Source of the DNA: an uncultured Gammaproteobacteria bacterium
GTDB lineage: Bacteria; Patescibacteriota; Microgenomatia; JALYQM01
Reading direction: 5' to 3'
DNA length: 64,000 nucleotides
Assembly (NCBI GenBank): GCA_964525495.1
Contig: CAZGHS010000001.1
Location: forward strand, 102,263 to 166,262
A program made the translations under genes and the position numbers. Under the pieces are notes generated by a model. It was not told where the DNA came from and made no database searches. It saw only the letters and a program-made list of their open reading frames with translations. How positions within the stretch are numbered: the stretch's first letter is position 1; each line of letters begins with the position of its first letter. This document shows, in pieces, positions 18,546 to 29,110 of the stretch.

Positions 18546-19002
18546 CTAGCTCTTCGATTTTCAAAACTTTCTCAGTCATCTCGATCTTCTTCAACCGTTG
18601 CATATGTCTCGCCTCACCACTAAACGCAGTATCAAGCCAGACACGAACTATCTCAGTTAATTCAACGGGACTGTTAATATGAGCCCCAAGCACTAACACA
18701 TTTGAATTGTTATGCTCACGAGATTTCTGAGCCATAAATATCGAAGTACACAGAGCAGCTCGCACGCCTCGCACTTTATTTGCGGCAATTGCCATGCCAA
18801 TTCCAGTATCACAAATAAGAATTCCTTGACCATAGCCTTTAGCAACACGTACAGCTACTCGTTGAGCATAGTCTACATAATCGTCGCCAGGAATCAAGAC
18901 CTCAGCACCTAAATCTTCAAAAGGAATTTCAATTTGATGAAGCATCTCTTTCACAAGATCTTTCGCTTCAAAACCTGCATGATCAGCACCGAGGAATAAC
19001 AT
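18535..19002 (-). CDS. rpiB: ribose-5-phosphate isomerase B
   Basis: ORF 18535..19224 trimmed to Met at 19002 (MLFLGADHAGF is the canonical RpiB N-terminus); ICDTGIGMAIAANK motif. Confidence 0.85.
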   Translation of the reverse strand: MLFLGADHAGFEAKDLVKEMLHQIEIPFEDLGAEVLIPGDDYVDYAQRVAVRVAKGYGQGILICDTGIGMAIAANKVRGVRAALCTSIFMAQKSREHNNSNVLVLGAHINSPVELTEIVRVWLDTAFSGEARHMQRLKKIEMTEKVLKIEELGVR

Positions 19003-19027
19003 ACTATCACCACTGTAGCAAAATCTA

Positions 19028-20374
19028 ATGCCAGTGACAACATCAAGAGAATTCTCTAAACTAAGAGTAATGCAAAAAATTATTCTCACCACTGTTCCTA
19101 CGGGACTCGGCCATATTCGTGTCACCAAAGCTCTAGCGAAAGGTCTGCCTGCAAATATCAACCCGACCATACTCGGAGTCCAAGACGAAACTACAGCCAT
19201 GCTGTATCGCATCATCAGTACCAATTTTTATCTACGTTGGTTACTCGAGTTCACTCAGACCAATCCGATTGTTGAAAAAACTTCGACAAATATTCTCAAC
19301 TTCATCCAAACTTCAGATACAAAAAGTACTGAAATAATGCTCAGAGAATTTATCGGTGAGGATCCAGAGACTAAAATAATAATCGTCTCCACCCACGCCT
19401 TTATTGCCCAAAAAATTCAAAAGATAATAAACAGCAAAGTGATTCCAAACCCCATATTTCACGCAGTCATCATCACGGATGACTCGCCACAACGTTTCTG
19501 GATGGTCGACGCAGATATTATCTTTGCTCCCAGTCACTTCACTAAAAATACTCTAGAAAAACTTTACAAAAAAGATAACCGCAAGGCGCCCCTCATCAAA
19601 GTAAACCCATATCCCATCAATCCAGAGTTCTGCGAAAAGATCAGACCAGAAGTGCTCTACAACAAAATCGAACAGTTGCATCCAGAAAATCCACAAAAAG
19701 CTCGCATCTGCATCCCTGTCAGTGGAGCAGCGGTCCAATTGGATTATTACACCATCCTCATCGAAGAACTTCTCGCAGAAGATACCCGCAATCCGCACCG
19801 CGAGTTTACATTCTCAATAGTCACCAGAGAGGGAAACTACACACAACCGTTTATCAGTCATTTCCGTGAAGAGCTTGAGGTTTCATTCCATATCGGTGCT
19901 AACGACGAACAAACGGTCGAACTCTACGACCAGCTCTATCATCAACCAAACCCACCCGCGATCGAGATCACGAAACCATCAGAACAAGCGTTCAAAGCCC
20001 TCACTACTCCCGACACGGTCGGTGGACCGATACTGCTTCTTACCGACCCTGTCGGCCGACAAGAATACGATAATCTTAATTTCCTTGAGCGCCACAGTCT
20101 CATGCCTTCACCCCATGAACAATTAGAAATACTCGAAGCTTTCGCAACAGGCAACAAAGAAAAACTCGAAAATATGAGACAAATGGCACACACATGGCGC
20201 TGCTTACGCCTACCATCAGACCCCATCCAAGCATCACAATTCATAATAAAATGTTTTAAGCACGGAATATTTATAGCCATGCAAGACTACAGAAGATACA
20301 CCCACACCGACGAACTCGCACCCGACGGCGTCAAGCAGATATGGGAGACTGTATTACTTTCAAAACCGCTGTAG
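19028..20374 (+). CDS. hypothetical protein (possible GT-B-like glycosyltransferase)
   Basis: 448 aa (alternative start 19067 MQKIIL); N-terminal TTVPTGLGHIRVTKALAKGL resembles the G-rich loop of MurG/MGDG-synthase-type GT-B enzymes; weak. Confidence 0.4.
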   Translation: MPVTTSREFSKLRVMQKIILTTVPTGLGHIRVTKALAKGLPANINPTILGVQDETTAMLYRIISTNFYLRWLLEFTQTNPIVEKTSTNILNFIQTSDTKSTEIMLREFIGEDPETKIIIVSTHAFIAQKIQKIINSKVIPNPIFHAVIITDDSPQRFWMVDADIIFAPSHFTKNTLEKLYKKDNRKAPLIKVNPYPINPEFCEKIRPEVLYNKIEQLHPENPQKARICIPVSGAAVQLDYYTILIEELLAEDTRNPHREFTFSIVTREGNYTQPFISHFREELEVSFHIGANDEQTVELYDQLYHQPNPPAIEITKPSEQAFKALTTPDTVGGPILLLTDPVGRQEYDNLNFLERHSLMPSPHEQLEILEAFATGNKEKLENMRQMAHTWRCLRLPSDPIQASQFIIKCFKHGIFIAMQDYRRYTHTDELAPDGVKQIWETVLLSKPL

Positions 20375-20375
20375 A

Positions 20376-20430
20376 TGATATTTTAAGAAAACATTTGCGA
20401 TTAGGATGTTTTTAAAAAATATCATCAAAG
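20376..20430. terminator. AT-rich nested inverted repeat between convergent genes (bidirectional terminator candidate)
   Basis: gatattttaag ... aaacat-N11-atgttt ... ttaaaaaatatc between stop of 19028..20374(+) and stop of 20445..21647(-). Confidence 0.4.
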
Positions 20431-20444
20431 AAGGTTTTGGATAA

Positions 20445-21647
20445 TTATACTGTAAACTGTCCCTTCTCATAGATAACCTTCTCACTCCCATCAGGCAACA
20501 CCGCTGTCACAGTCCTATCCTCGATCGAAAACACATCGGTATGCACAGCACTATCATTAAAGCCCATTTCATCCCACTTTTCCTTTGGGGTCGAAGCTAC
20601 TTTACCCACATACGCATCTTTATACGCCATACCAAAAGCCACATGCGTATTCCCGTACTCTCCACCATAGTTCTCATCATACAAAGTCTGCCCCATGAAC
20701 CGATCGATACGAGACATTCGTTTATCCGTCAAAGAAAATTCACCAATCTTATTCGCGTTAACCACAGATATCATATCTTTCAGTAGTTGCTCATTCTCAT
20801 ACGCACTCGCCGAAACAACTTCTCCGTCTTTAAACGTCACATCAATATCACTCACTTTATTCCCATATCTAAAAAGCGGTACATTAAATTTAATTCGTCC
20901 ATTTGTCCCTCTCCAATCAGGTGAAGTAAACACTTCAAACGAAGGGATATTTCGTCCACTTCCTCCCAACCACTGGCGCGTAGATCCAAGCTGCACCCAC
21001 AAATCCACATTTTCAGACTTCACATGCACTTTCTCAATCTTCATATCATTCAAAGTCTTCTTCAACCGCTCCTGCTCGTGAAATATCTCTTTCCATTTAG
21101 CTATCGGATCGTCCAAATCTAAGTAACAAGCTTTAATTATCTGACTCCAATACTCCTCATGACTCATCCCTGCATCCTTCGCCTCAAGCTCAGTACCATA
21201 ACTGGCCAAGGTCCACGTAAGTTTCCTTTCTCCTTCTTTCTCAAATCGCCAATCCTGATACGGTTTCATAGCTTTACTATGCGTCATTAATTTTTTACTA
21301 TCCACGCCCTGCAGCTCATATTTATCCGCTTCTGACAAAATCCGCATTGTATGGTCAGCCTGATCCACGATCCCGCGATAATATTTATCTGCAAAAAAAG
21401 TTAATTGCTCCTCGCTTGCCAATTCATAAAACTCACGTGCACCTACATCATCAAAGTAATTCATAAATATAGCATGACCACCGGCTTCCAACACGGCTCG
21501 TCGCAAAAACCGCACCATAGCCTTTGCAGATTCAGGCACTGCAATTACAACCACCTCACCTTTTTTAATTCCCTCTCCGCCACCCAGTGCGAACTTAATC
21601 AGCAAGTCAGAATACTTTTTCAAAACATCATCAGATGGAATATACAT
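20445..21647 (-). CDS. aminopeptidase, M29 family (AmpS/PepS-like)
   Basis: 400 aa; full-length collinearity with thermophilic-metalloprotease M29 aminopeptidases including C-terminal NTHVAFG ... NDSAVHTDV. Confidence 0.85.
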   Translation of the reverse strand: MYIPSDDVLKKYSDLLIKFALGGGEGIKKGEVVVIAVPESAKAMVRFLRRAVLEAGGHAIFMNYFDDVGAREFYELASEEQLTFFADKYYRGIVDQADHTMRILSEADKYELQGVDSKKLMTHSKAMKPYQDWRFEKEGERKLTWTLASYGTELEAKDAGMSHEEYWSQIIKACYLDLDDPIAKWKEIFHEQERLKKTLNDMKIEKVHVKSENVDLWVQLGSTRQWLGGSGRNIPSFEVFTSPDWRGTNGRIKFNVPLFRYGNKVSDIDVTFKDGEVVSASAYENEQLLKDMISVVNANKIGEFSLTDKRMSRIDRFMGQTLYDENYGGEYGNTHVAFGMAYKDAYVGKVASTPKEKWDEMGFNDSAVHTDVFSIEDRTVTAVLPDGSEKVIYEKGQFTV

Positions 21648-21699
21648 ACGCGGCCTCCAATCTCATTAATTTAAACTCATTGTACTATAGTATGGTAAA

Positions 21700-22689
21700 A
21701 TGAATTCAATGAGCAAAACAGAGCACCCTCTCAGCTGGCACGCAATAGCGCGCGTAGTTATAACAATATCCGCAATTTATCTCGCCTGGCAGCTTTACGG
21801 CACCTTACTAATGATATTCGTATCAATCATGCTCGCCGCCGCTTTCTATCCTATCGTTATGAAGCTAGCCGAGAAGCGGATTTCTATAACTCTTTCATCA
21901 ATATTTGTAGTTCTTACGCTCATATTGCCGATCATAATTATTCTCTTCACGATTCTTCCTGGAATCGTTCAGCAATTCCCAGAAATAGTTAGAACAGTCG
22001 ACAGAGCAGTCAAAGAATCCACCGTCCTTCCACCAACCTTGCGCGATATTGACCTCACTCAATACGCACAAAATGCTGCAAGTTACGTAGTCCAATCAAC
22101 ATCAAAAATCACAAACTTCGTGGGAACGTTCTTTACGATTATATTCTTAACCCTATATTTCCTAATCGACTCCAAACGTCTTAATGAACTCATCCTTTCC
22201 ATAATTCCAGAGGGCAGTCGCACCAAAGCAGAAAAGCTCACGGAAGAGCTCACTAAAATTAACGGTCAATATATTCGAGGGAATCTTCTTATCTCACTAG
22301 TCTGCGGAATATCTATATTCATTGGACTATTACTTATCGGCGTCCCTTATGCTGCTCCACTCGCTCTCTTTGCCGCCCTTGTTGATATGCTTCCACTGAT
22401 CGGCGCAATCATCGGTGCGATCCCAGCTATCATCATCGCGTTCGCAGTCAACCCCACAGCTGGAGTTCTGACACTCCTACTTTTCATCATCTATCAACAA
22501 ATTGAAAACAATATTCTCTCACCTAATATCTATAACAAAGCTCTTAACCTCTCTCCAGCACTTAGCTTCATTGCCGTACTGATAGGTGGATCAATAGCAG
22601 GTATAGTCGGCGCATTTATAGCTCTTCCGATTGCAGCAAGCATTCCAACAATAGTTAAATATGTACAAAATTATGATGAGGTTAAGTAA
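21700..22689 (+). CDS. AI-2E family transporter (PerM/UPF0118)
   Basis: 329 aa, 8 TM; conserved ALVDMLPLIGAIIGAIPAII segment. Confidence 0.8.
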   Translation: MNSMSKTEHPLSWHAIARVVITISAIYLAWQLYGTLLMIFVSIMLAAAFYPIVMKLAEKRISITLSSIFVVLTLILPIIIILFTILPGIVQQFPEIVRTVDRAVKESTVLPPTLRDIDLTQYAQNAASYVVQSTSKITNFVGTFFTIIFLTLYFLIDSKRLNELILSIIPEGSRTKAEKLTEELTKINGQYIRGNLLISLVCGISIFIGLLLIGVPYAAPLALFAALVDMLPLIGAIIGAIPAIIIAFAVNPTAGVLTLLLFIIYQQIENNILSPNIYNKALNLSPALSFIAVLIGGSIAGIVGAFIALPIAASIPTIVKYVQNYDEVK

Positions 22690-23549
22690 CGACTCTTCTG
22701 CCCACACTCCACACTACATCCACCCTGGAATTTAGTATCACATGCTTCACAACACACGATCTGCTTATTGCACAACACATTGGAACAGTTAATCATCCGC
22801 GCGCTCTTTTCTTCACAATGCACACAAGTTGAAACAAGCACTTCCTTATCAGGAGAATTTACGTCCACGGCAATTCGTTTATCAAACACATAACACTTAC
22901 CCTCCCAACCATCGTCTGGGAACTCGTTGCCGTACGTCACAATTCCACCATGCAACTGTTTCACATCCTCGAAACCCATCTTCTTCATCAAAGCTGAAGC
23001 TTTCTCACACCGCACGCCACCAGTACAATACGTCACAATCTTTTTCTGTTTCAAATGAGCCATCTCAACAAGCGCTTGTGGGAAATCACGGAAATTATGA
23101 ATATCTGGTGTGATCGCATTACGAAATTTTCCTACCATCGACTCATAATTGTTGCGCGCATCGACCAAATAATATTCCTCACCGCTGTGCATCAAAGCAT
23201 TTAACTCTTCGGGACTAATATATTCAGCAGCTTCATCAGCACTCACAGTAGTACCTACACCCAACGTCACTATTTCTTCCCGTACCACGACACGCAATTT
23301 AGGAAACACCTGTTCCTCTGAGTCGCTCTCCTTGAACTCCATATCAGCGAATCGCACATCGGCACATATCTCGCGCTTATACTCTTCACATGCTTCCACA
23401 CTCCCACAGACAGTACCATTCAATCCTTCTTCAGCAAGCAAAATACGTCCATGTAAGCCAAGACGTTCACAAAGCGCAAACTGACTATCCCGCAAAGCTT
23501 GCGGATTTTCAATTTTTACATATTTGTAATACAACAGTACGCGAAACAT
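22671..23549 (-). CDS. rhodanese-domain protein of the YceA/TrhO (tRNA U34 hydroxylase) family
   Basis: Start at MFRVLLYYKYVKIENP (matches YceA ISFYKYFHIADP); rhodanese active-site YCTGGVRCEKAS; C-terminal Cys-rich zinc-ribbon-like tail. Confidence 0.75.
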   Translation of the reverse strand: MFRVLLYYKYVKIENPQALRDSQFALCERLGLHGRILLAEEGLNGTVCGSVEACEEYKREICADVRFADMEFKESDSEEQVFPKLRVVVREEIVTLGVGTTVSADEAAEYISPEELNALMHSGEEYYLVDARNNYESMVGKFRNAITPDIHNFRDFPQALVEMAHLKQKKIVTYCTGGVRCEKASALMKKMGFEDVKQLHGGIVTYGNEFPDDGWEGKCYVFDKRIAVDVNSPDKEVLVSTCVHCEEKSARMINCSNVLCNKQIVCCEACDTKFQGGCSVECGQKSRYLTSS

Positions 23550-24112
23550 TATTTTCCTCCTAAATACCACAGAAGCGTTTCATACTCTTTCCACTGTGGT
23601 ACTAGCCGATCATCACGTTCATAAATCATTCTTCCAAAGTCATTCTGTGTTACCAATTCCAAACCATTCATCTCCTGTGTATCAAACTTAAAATCAAACA
23701 GATTTACATCGCTCTTCCAAATATATACATCATGAAACTCGTTATTGATATACTCAGGTATTTTTTTCGTTGAACCCTTAAAGCTCGTCTTATCCGTCAT
23801 CAGAAACTCTAACTGGTCAACAGGAATCGTAAGCCCGACCTCTTCCATAGCCTCTCTGACCACAGTCTCTTCAGCAGTCATACCAGCTGAAATATGTCCG
23901 ATCACTGTCGCTTCCATCAGGTTCGGCTTAAGATAAAAATCTGCAGATCGTTTTTGCAAAAATATATCACCGTAGGTATTCACGATCCACAAATGGACTG
24001 TCCTGTGCCAAAGACCCTCAGTATGCACTTCGATTCGATTCTTAACAACACCGGTATTCTGACCGCGCTCATCCAAGACATCTAGCTGTTCAGTAGAACT
24101 ATTCATCGCCAA
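23549..24112 (-). CDS. NUDIX hydrolase
   Basis: 187 aa; Nudix box GHISAGMTAEETVVREAMEEVGL. Confidence 0.75.
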   Translation of the reverse strand: MAMNSSTEQLDVLDERGQNTGVVKNRIEVHTEGLWHRTVHLWIVNTYGDIFLQKRSADFYLKPNLMEATVIGHISAGMTAEETVVREAMEEVGLTIPVDQLEFLMTDKTSFKGSTKKIPEYINNEFHDVYIWKSDVNLFDFKFDTQEMNGLELVTQNDFGRMIYERDDRLVPQWKEYETLLWYLGGK

Positions 24113-24131
24113 ATTATACTAAAAAAAGGGA

Positions 24132-24539
24132 TTATAACGCCAGTAGCGCGCCAAGCAAGCTACCTACGACCGCTATACAGACAAAAAGCAGCACCAAAAA
24201 CGCTGGAGAATCATAAAAAGACTCTTTTTGAGGATGCTGGATAATATGATCCTCCAAAGAATCAAGCGAGGATTGATTGACCTGAGGCTTCACATAATGT
24301 GTCTGAGTAGGCATACACCTACTGTAACCCGAGCAAAAATATGAGTCAATAATCACAAAAAGTACATCAAACTTGCTAACTTCTTTCACTCCAGGTAGAA
24401 TCCTACCTACGATGACTACAGAATCACCAACATTCAGACCTGGAGCACTCTGCAAATTTAGGGAGACATGCAGTAATTTGGGACATTGCCAGCTCGCAAC
24501 AACTCTCAACCATGAAATAGTAACCGGTGCAAAAAGCAC
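24132..24539 (-). CDS. hypothetical membrane-anchored protein
   Basis: 135 aa; C-terminal TM (LVLLFVCIAVVGSLLGALLAL); no family. Confidence 0.35.
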   Translation of the reverse strand: MLFAPVTISWLRVVASWQCPKLLHVSLNLQSAPGLNVGDSVVIVGRILPGVKEVSKFDVLFVIIDSYFCSGYSRCMPTQTHYVKPQVNQSSLDSLEDHIIQHPQKESFYDSPAFLVLLFVCIAVVGSLLGALLAL

Positions 24540-24677
24540 GGTACAAAATGAGTTAAATAAAGAGTCGTGTAATCATGCGACCTTAATACTTGCAAGACAT
24601 GCAGCACAGCGCCGTCTGAAAGAACCTATTGAGCAAAATTCAAACCAAAATCTGCTTCGTTAAGGTATAATAGACCT

Positions 24678-26453
24678 ATGAACATCAAAACCTCCTGGGA
24701 TTTTTCCTCATACTATAACAGCGACTCCGATCCAAAGATTGAAACAGACAAACAAGAGCTAATTAAGGAAACAGACAAGTTCGTCACTAAATGGCAAAAT
24801 CGTACTGACTGGCTTGAAAATCCAAAAACTCTCAAAGAAGCTCTCGATGATTACGACGCATACAACGACCATTTCGGCACATATGGCAAACCAGGAATAT
24901 ATTTTCACCTCCGCACTCAGCAGGATTCAATCGATACAAATCTCAAAGCAAAAGAAAACCAGATCACAGAGCTCGCACACAAACTTGGAAACGATACACA
25001 ATTCTTTACGCTTCGATTAGCTAAAATTCCAACAACGAAGCAGCAAGAATTTCTGCAGTCACCTGAGCTTGCACTATACAAACATTTTCTTGAAAAACTC
25101 TTTGACGTAGCCAAATACACATTGTCCGAAGCTGAAGAAAAAATTCTGACTCTCAAATCAGCACCTGCTCATTCCAATTGGGTACGCATGACTTCAACGT
25201 TCATATCAAAAGAGGAAGGCGAAGTCCTTCTCGAAGACGGCAACAAGGAAACAAAATCATTTGAAGAAATCCTCACCCTGGCATCGATGTCTTTAAACAA
25301 AGAAGTCCGTGATATTGCAACCAGTCAGTTCAATCACATTCTCCAAAAACACGCTGATGTTGCTGTAGAGGAAATGAACTCCATACTCCAAGATAAAAAA
25401 ATTAACGACGAGCTTCGCGGAGCAGATCGTCCAGATACTATGCGCTTAGTTTCTGAAGACATCTCACCTGAAATAGTCGACACGCTTATCCAAGCAGTTT
25501 CAGAAAACAACCAAATCGCTCATGAGTTTTATCAGCTCAAAGCGAAACTTATGGGAGTCGACAAACTTGCATACAACGAACGGAACGTTCCATACGGTGA
25601 CGTAGATAAAAAATATACTTTTGAAGAATCAGTCGAACTTGTCCACAAAGTACTCCACAATCTCGATCCTGAATTTGCAGAAATTTTTACGCGCATGATC
25701 GAAAACGGCCAAGTCGATGCATTCCCTAAAAAAGGCAAACGCGGCGGCGCGTTCTGTGCATATTACGGACCATCCACTCCAACCTTTGTGTTCCTCAACC
25801 ATACAGAACAATTATCTGACGTGCTCACCATCGCACACGAATTCGGTCACGCCATCAACGGCGAACTCATGAAACAAAAAGAAAATTCACTCAACTACGA
25901 CACGCCAATGGGTACAGCCGAGGTAGCAAGCACATTCATGGAAGACTTTGTGCTCGAAGAACTACTCAAAGAAGCCGACCCAGAACTCAAAAAGTCACTT
26001 CTCGTCATGAAGCTCAACGACGATATTTCCACCATTTTCCGTCAAATAGGTTGCTATAGGTTTGAACAAGAACTCCACAAACAATTTAGAGAAAAAGGAT
26101 ATTTATCCAAAGATGAAATTGGTCAGATCTTCCAAAAACATATGACCGAATACATGGGTCCAGCTGTCGATCAACCAGATTGGGCACAGTATTGGTGGGT
26201 ATATTGGTCACACATCCGTTCATTCTTCTATGTGTATTCCTACGCCGGTGGGTTACTTATCTCAAAATCGCTTCAAAACAGCGTCCGCAAAGACAAAGCA
26301 TTCATAAAAAACGTTAAGGAATTCCTCAAAACAGGTAGTTCCGAATCGCCTCAAGAAATCTTTAGTAAAATGGGCGTCGATATAACGGACAAAAAATTCT
26401 GGCTACAAGGAATTGAAGAAATAAAAAGTTTATTAGAGGAGGTGAAAAAATAA
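24678..26453 (+). CDS. pepF: oligoendopeptidase F (M3B family)
   Basis: 591 aa; HEFGH zinc motif and overall PepF length/layout; a TATAAT box ends 8 nt before the ATG. Confidence 0.85.
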   Translation: MNIKTSWDFSSYYNSDSDPKIETDKQELIKETDKFVTKWQNRTDWLENPKTLKEALDDYDAYNDHFGTYGKPGIYFHLRTQQDSIDTNLKAKENQITELAHKLGNDTQFFTLRLAKIPTTKQQEFLQSPELALYKHFLEKLFDVAKYTLSEAEEKILTLKSAPAHSNWVRMTSTFISKEEGEVLLEDGNKETKSFEEILTLASMSLNKEVRDIATSQFNHILQKHADVAVEEMNSILQDKKINDELRGADRPDTMRLVSEDISPEIVDTLIQAVSENNQIAHEFYQLKAKLMGVDKLAYNERNVPYGDVDKKYTFEESVELVHKVLHNLDPEFAEIFTRMIENGQVDAFPKKGKRGGAFCAYYGPSTPTFVFLNHTEQLSDVLTIAHEFGHAINGELMKQKENSLNYDTPMGTAEVASTFMEDFVLEELLKEADPELKKSLLVMKLNDDISTIFRQIGCYRFEQELHKQFREKGYLSKDEIGQIFQKHMTEYMGPAVDQPDWAQYWWVYWSHIRSFFYVYSYAGGLLISKSLQNSVRKDKAFIKNVKEFLKTGSSESPQEIFSKMGVDITDKKFWLQGIEEIKSLLEEVKK

Positions 26454-26454
26454 G

Positions 26455-26646
26455 ATGCCGCGCATTGAACGAGATCCCAGAACCCTACGAATAGAGCTTC
26501 AGCTTATGTATACGCTTAGAGTATGCAAATACCAAAACCCTGAAGCGCCACTCTCACCAGTTGAGAAAAGAAGAATAAAAAAGACGGCAAGAGACGTTAT
26601 TAGAGAATTAAACAAAAACGCGAAAACTACAAAACCGAATCAATAA
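26455..26646 (+). CDS. hypothetical small basic protein
   Basis: 63 aa, starts 1 nt after pepF stop; Arg/Lys-rich. Confidence 0.3.
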   Translation: MPRIERDPRTLRIELQLMYTLRVCKYQNPEAPLSPVEKRRIKKTARDVIRELNKNAKTTKPNQ

Positions 26647-27784
26647 CTCCACCACCAAGTAAAACCCTATCCTTATACATCACAGCACTCTGCCCTGGAG
26701 TTATCCCTCGCTGTGGAGTTTTCAACTTCACGACATACGTCCCATCGCGATTCTCGATTACCGCTGGATTAAAACCACCCATATGTCGCAATCGCACATC
26801 ACACTCCGCGCCATCATCAATCACATCAGCAAACGTATGAGAATGAACCGTGAATTCTGCCCGCTCAGTCTCCCCACCCTTTCCCACAATCAATTGGTTC
26901 TTCTCTTTAATAAAACCAATTACGTAATACGGAACAATTTTATTCGTAGTAAAACCACGTCGCTGTCCGATTGAATAGAACGGCAACCCTTCATGCTTGC
27001 CTATCACCTCACCAGTAGTATCGACCACTTCTCCCGGGTTCACATACTCAGGCATATGTCGCATCAAAAAATCTCGGTAATTATCTCCCGGTATAAAACA
27101 GATATCAAAACTCTCTTTGGAAGTAGCTACCGGCAAATTCCAATCGACAGCCAGTTTTCGCACATCATCCTTCACCATCTCACCTAGAGGAAATACTAAA
27201 TGAACCAAGTCTTCTTGCTTCATCGTATATAAGAAATACGACTGATCCTTCTTCTCATCATCACCCATCATCAAAAACATCGGGTCGTGCTCTGGATATT
27301 TCTCCAATATTTCTCGTCGCTTCTCCATATCATCAAACTTCACTGAATTATATTGCTCGCCATTTTTCTCAACCAGCTTAATATAATGCCCAGTCGCAAG
27401 CATATCAAAACCCAAACCTTGCACATATTTCACCAATCGTCCAGTCTTAATTTTTCGATTACATACCACACAAGGATTCGGCGTGCGCAGTTCCTTAAAC
27501 TCCTTCAAGAAATACTCCACCACAGTCTCTTTAAAGATATCTTCAAAATTAAAGGTATAAAAAGGGATTCCAAGCATGTCACATGTCTTGCGAGCAGCCA
27601 TCAAACTCTCAGTAGAGCAGCACTTATTCTCACGGCCCATCGACGGGTCATACTCTGCCCAAAAATGCAGATGCACCCCAGCCACATCATACCCAGCATC
27701 CACAAGAAGCTTGGCCGATACGCCAGAATCGACCCCACCAGACATCCCCACTGCAACCTTTAATTTTTTATTCATGGAATACAT
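26627..27784 (-). CDS. mnmA: tRNA-specific 2-thiouridylase MnmA
   Basis: 385 aa; PP-loop VAVGMSGGVDSGV, catalytic Cys region, C-terminal beta-barrel typical of MnmA. Confidence 0.9.
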   Translation of the reverse strand: MYSMNKKLKVAVGMSGGVDSGVSAKLLVDAGYDVAGVHLHFWAEYDPSMGRENKCCSTESLMAARKTCDMLGIPFYTFNFEDIFKETVVEYFLKEFKELRTPNPCVVCNRKIKTGRLVKYVQGLGFDMLATGHYIKLVEKNGEQYNSVKFDDMEKRREILEKYPEHDPMFLMMGDDEKKDQSYFLYTMKQEDLVHLVFPLGEMVKDDVRKLAVDWNLPVATSKESFDICFIPGDNYRDFLMRHMPEYVNPGEVVDTTGEVIGKHEGLPFYSIGQRRGFTTNKIVPYYVIGFIKEKNQLIVGKGGETERAEFTVHSHTFADVIDDGAECDVRLRHMGGFNPAVIENRDGTYVVKLKTPQRGITPGQSAVMYKDRVLLGGGVIDSVL

Positions 27785-27817
27785 TATACCAAACGGCTAT
27801 AATAAGCCAAAAACGAA

Positions 27818-28837
27818 CTAGCTACTCCACCCATTCGGATGCTTTTTGTACCAAGTTTCAAGAGCTCGCACACTATCTTCAAGCGATCGTGAAGCCTTCC
27901 ACCCAAGCTTAGAAGAAACTTTGGTAGTATCAGCAACAATCTTCTCAGACTCACCTTTTCGGGCTTCACCCTGTTTCAGATCAAACGACACACCAGTTAT
28001 TTTCTGTACTGCTTTCACAATATCCAAAACCGAGCTCCCTACTCCAGTTCCCAGATTAAATAAATCGCTCTCCCCACCATTACTCAAATACTTCAGAGCA
28101 GCCATATGCGCGCCAGCCAAATCAACTACATTAATATAATCGCGAATCGGCGTTCCATCAGGCGTATTCACCTTTCCGCACGTCAATTCAAAAGGTTGCA
28201 AGCCCAGCGCACCCCGCACCGCATTCTGCACCAACAAAGAGGACGGTCGCTTCGAATCGCCAAGCTCACCACTCTCAAGCGCCCCACACACATTAAAGTA
28301 GCGCAAAATTGTGTAAGAAATACCAAACAATTTACCATACCAATGGATTACTTGTTCAGCAATCAACTTTGACTCACCATACGGACTCTCGGGATGAGTC
28401 GGATGCTTTTCATCAACTGGCATGTATTCTGGACTTCCGTACAAAGCACACGTCGAAGAGAACACAAACCGCTTTACTCCTCGGTCCTTCATTATTTCAA
28501 GCAAATTCAGAGAGCATAAAACATTGTTAGTAAAATATTTATAGGGATTTTCAACAGATTCATTCACACTGCACGAAGCAGCAAAATGCATTACAGCACT
28601 AATACCAGATTCCTTCTCAAATACCTCCACAACCCGAATCTTATCAGTCAAATCCACATCATAATATCGAAATTTCTCTTTTCCAAATACGCTCTCTAGA
28701 TATGCTAAAGGCTCTTTATATCCTGTCGAGAAATTATCTATTCCAACAACTTCATAACCATTTTCAAGCAAGACATGCGCTGCATGAGAACCAATATACC
28801 CACCTGCCCCTGTTAGCAATATTTTTTCACTATTCAT
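27818..28837 (-). CDS. galE: UDP-glucose 4-epimerase
   Basis: 339 aa; TGAGGYIGSH NAD-binding motif, YxxxK catalytic region (YGESKLIAE). Confidence 0.85.
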   Translation of the reverse strand: MNSEKILLTGAGGYIGSHAAHVLLENGYEVVGIDNFSTGYKEPLAYLESVFGKEKFRYYDVDLTDKIRVVEVFEKESGISAVMHFAASCSVNESVENPYKYFTNNVLCSLNLLEIMKDRGVKRFVFSSTCALYGSPEYMPVDEKHPTHPESPYGESKLIAEQVIHWYGKLFGISYTILRYFNVCGALESGELGDSKRPSSLLVQNAVRGALGLQPFELTCGKVNTPDGTPIRDYINVVDLAGAHMAALKYLSNGGESDLFNLGTGVGSSVLDIVKAVQKITGVSFDLKQGEARKGESEKIVADTTKVSSKLGWKASRSLEDSVRALETWYKKHPNGWSS

Positions 28838-28864
28838 AACTATGAATCATATCACAAGAACAAG

Positions 28865-29020
28865 CTAGTTTTTAGACTCTCTTCGAGGCTCCTCCTGGAT
28901 CGGCTCCAAAAAAAGAAATGAGTGAGAGGGCTGATCTAAACCAGCGCCTTTTGTCTCCTCCTGCATATCAGCTATGATTTCCGCAATCTCTCGATCGCCA
29001 TGAACGTCATCATTGTGCAT
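28865..29020 (-). CDS. hypothetical small acidic protein (51 aa)
   Basis: Unlisted ORF MHNDDVHGDREIAEIIADMQEETKGAGLDQ... preceded by gggaggag SD; lies between the SOD terminator and galE. Confidence 0.25.
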   Translation of the reverse strand: MHNDDVHGDREIAEIIADMQEETKGAGLDQPSHSFLFLEPIQEEPRRESKN

Positions 29021-29047
29021 AATAATAGGCTCCTCCCTGAATAAGAC

Positions 29048-29072
29048 AAAAAAAGAGCGACCTCTCAGTCGC
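29048..29072 (-). terminator. rho-independent terminator of the SOD gene
   Basis: 5-bp GC stem gcgac/gtcgc, 6-nt loop, followed on the minus strand by T7. Confidence 0.5.
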
Positions 29073-29110
29073 CCTGCTTATTCAATTCAAGTATAATAAA
29101 AAATCTCGCT

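Noticed and set aside
19003-19224. 74-codon N-terminal extension of the rpiB ORF
   Set aside because: The canonical RpiB N-terminus (MLFLGADHAG) begins at the internal Met. The extension would run into the divergent gene's promoter region.
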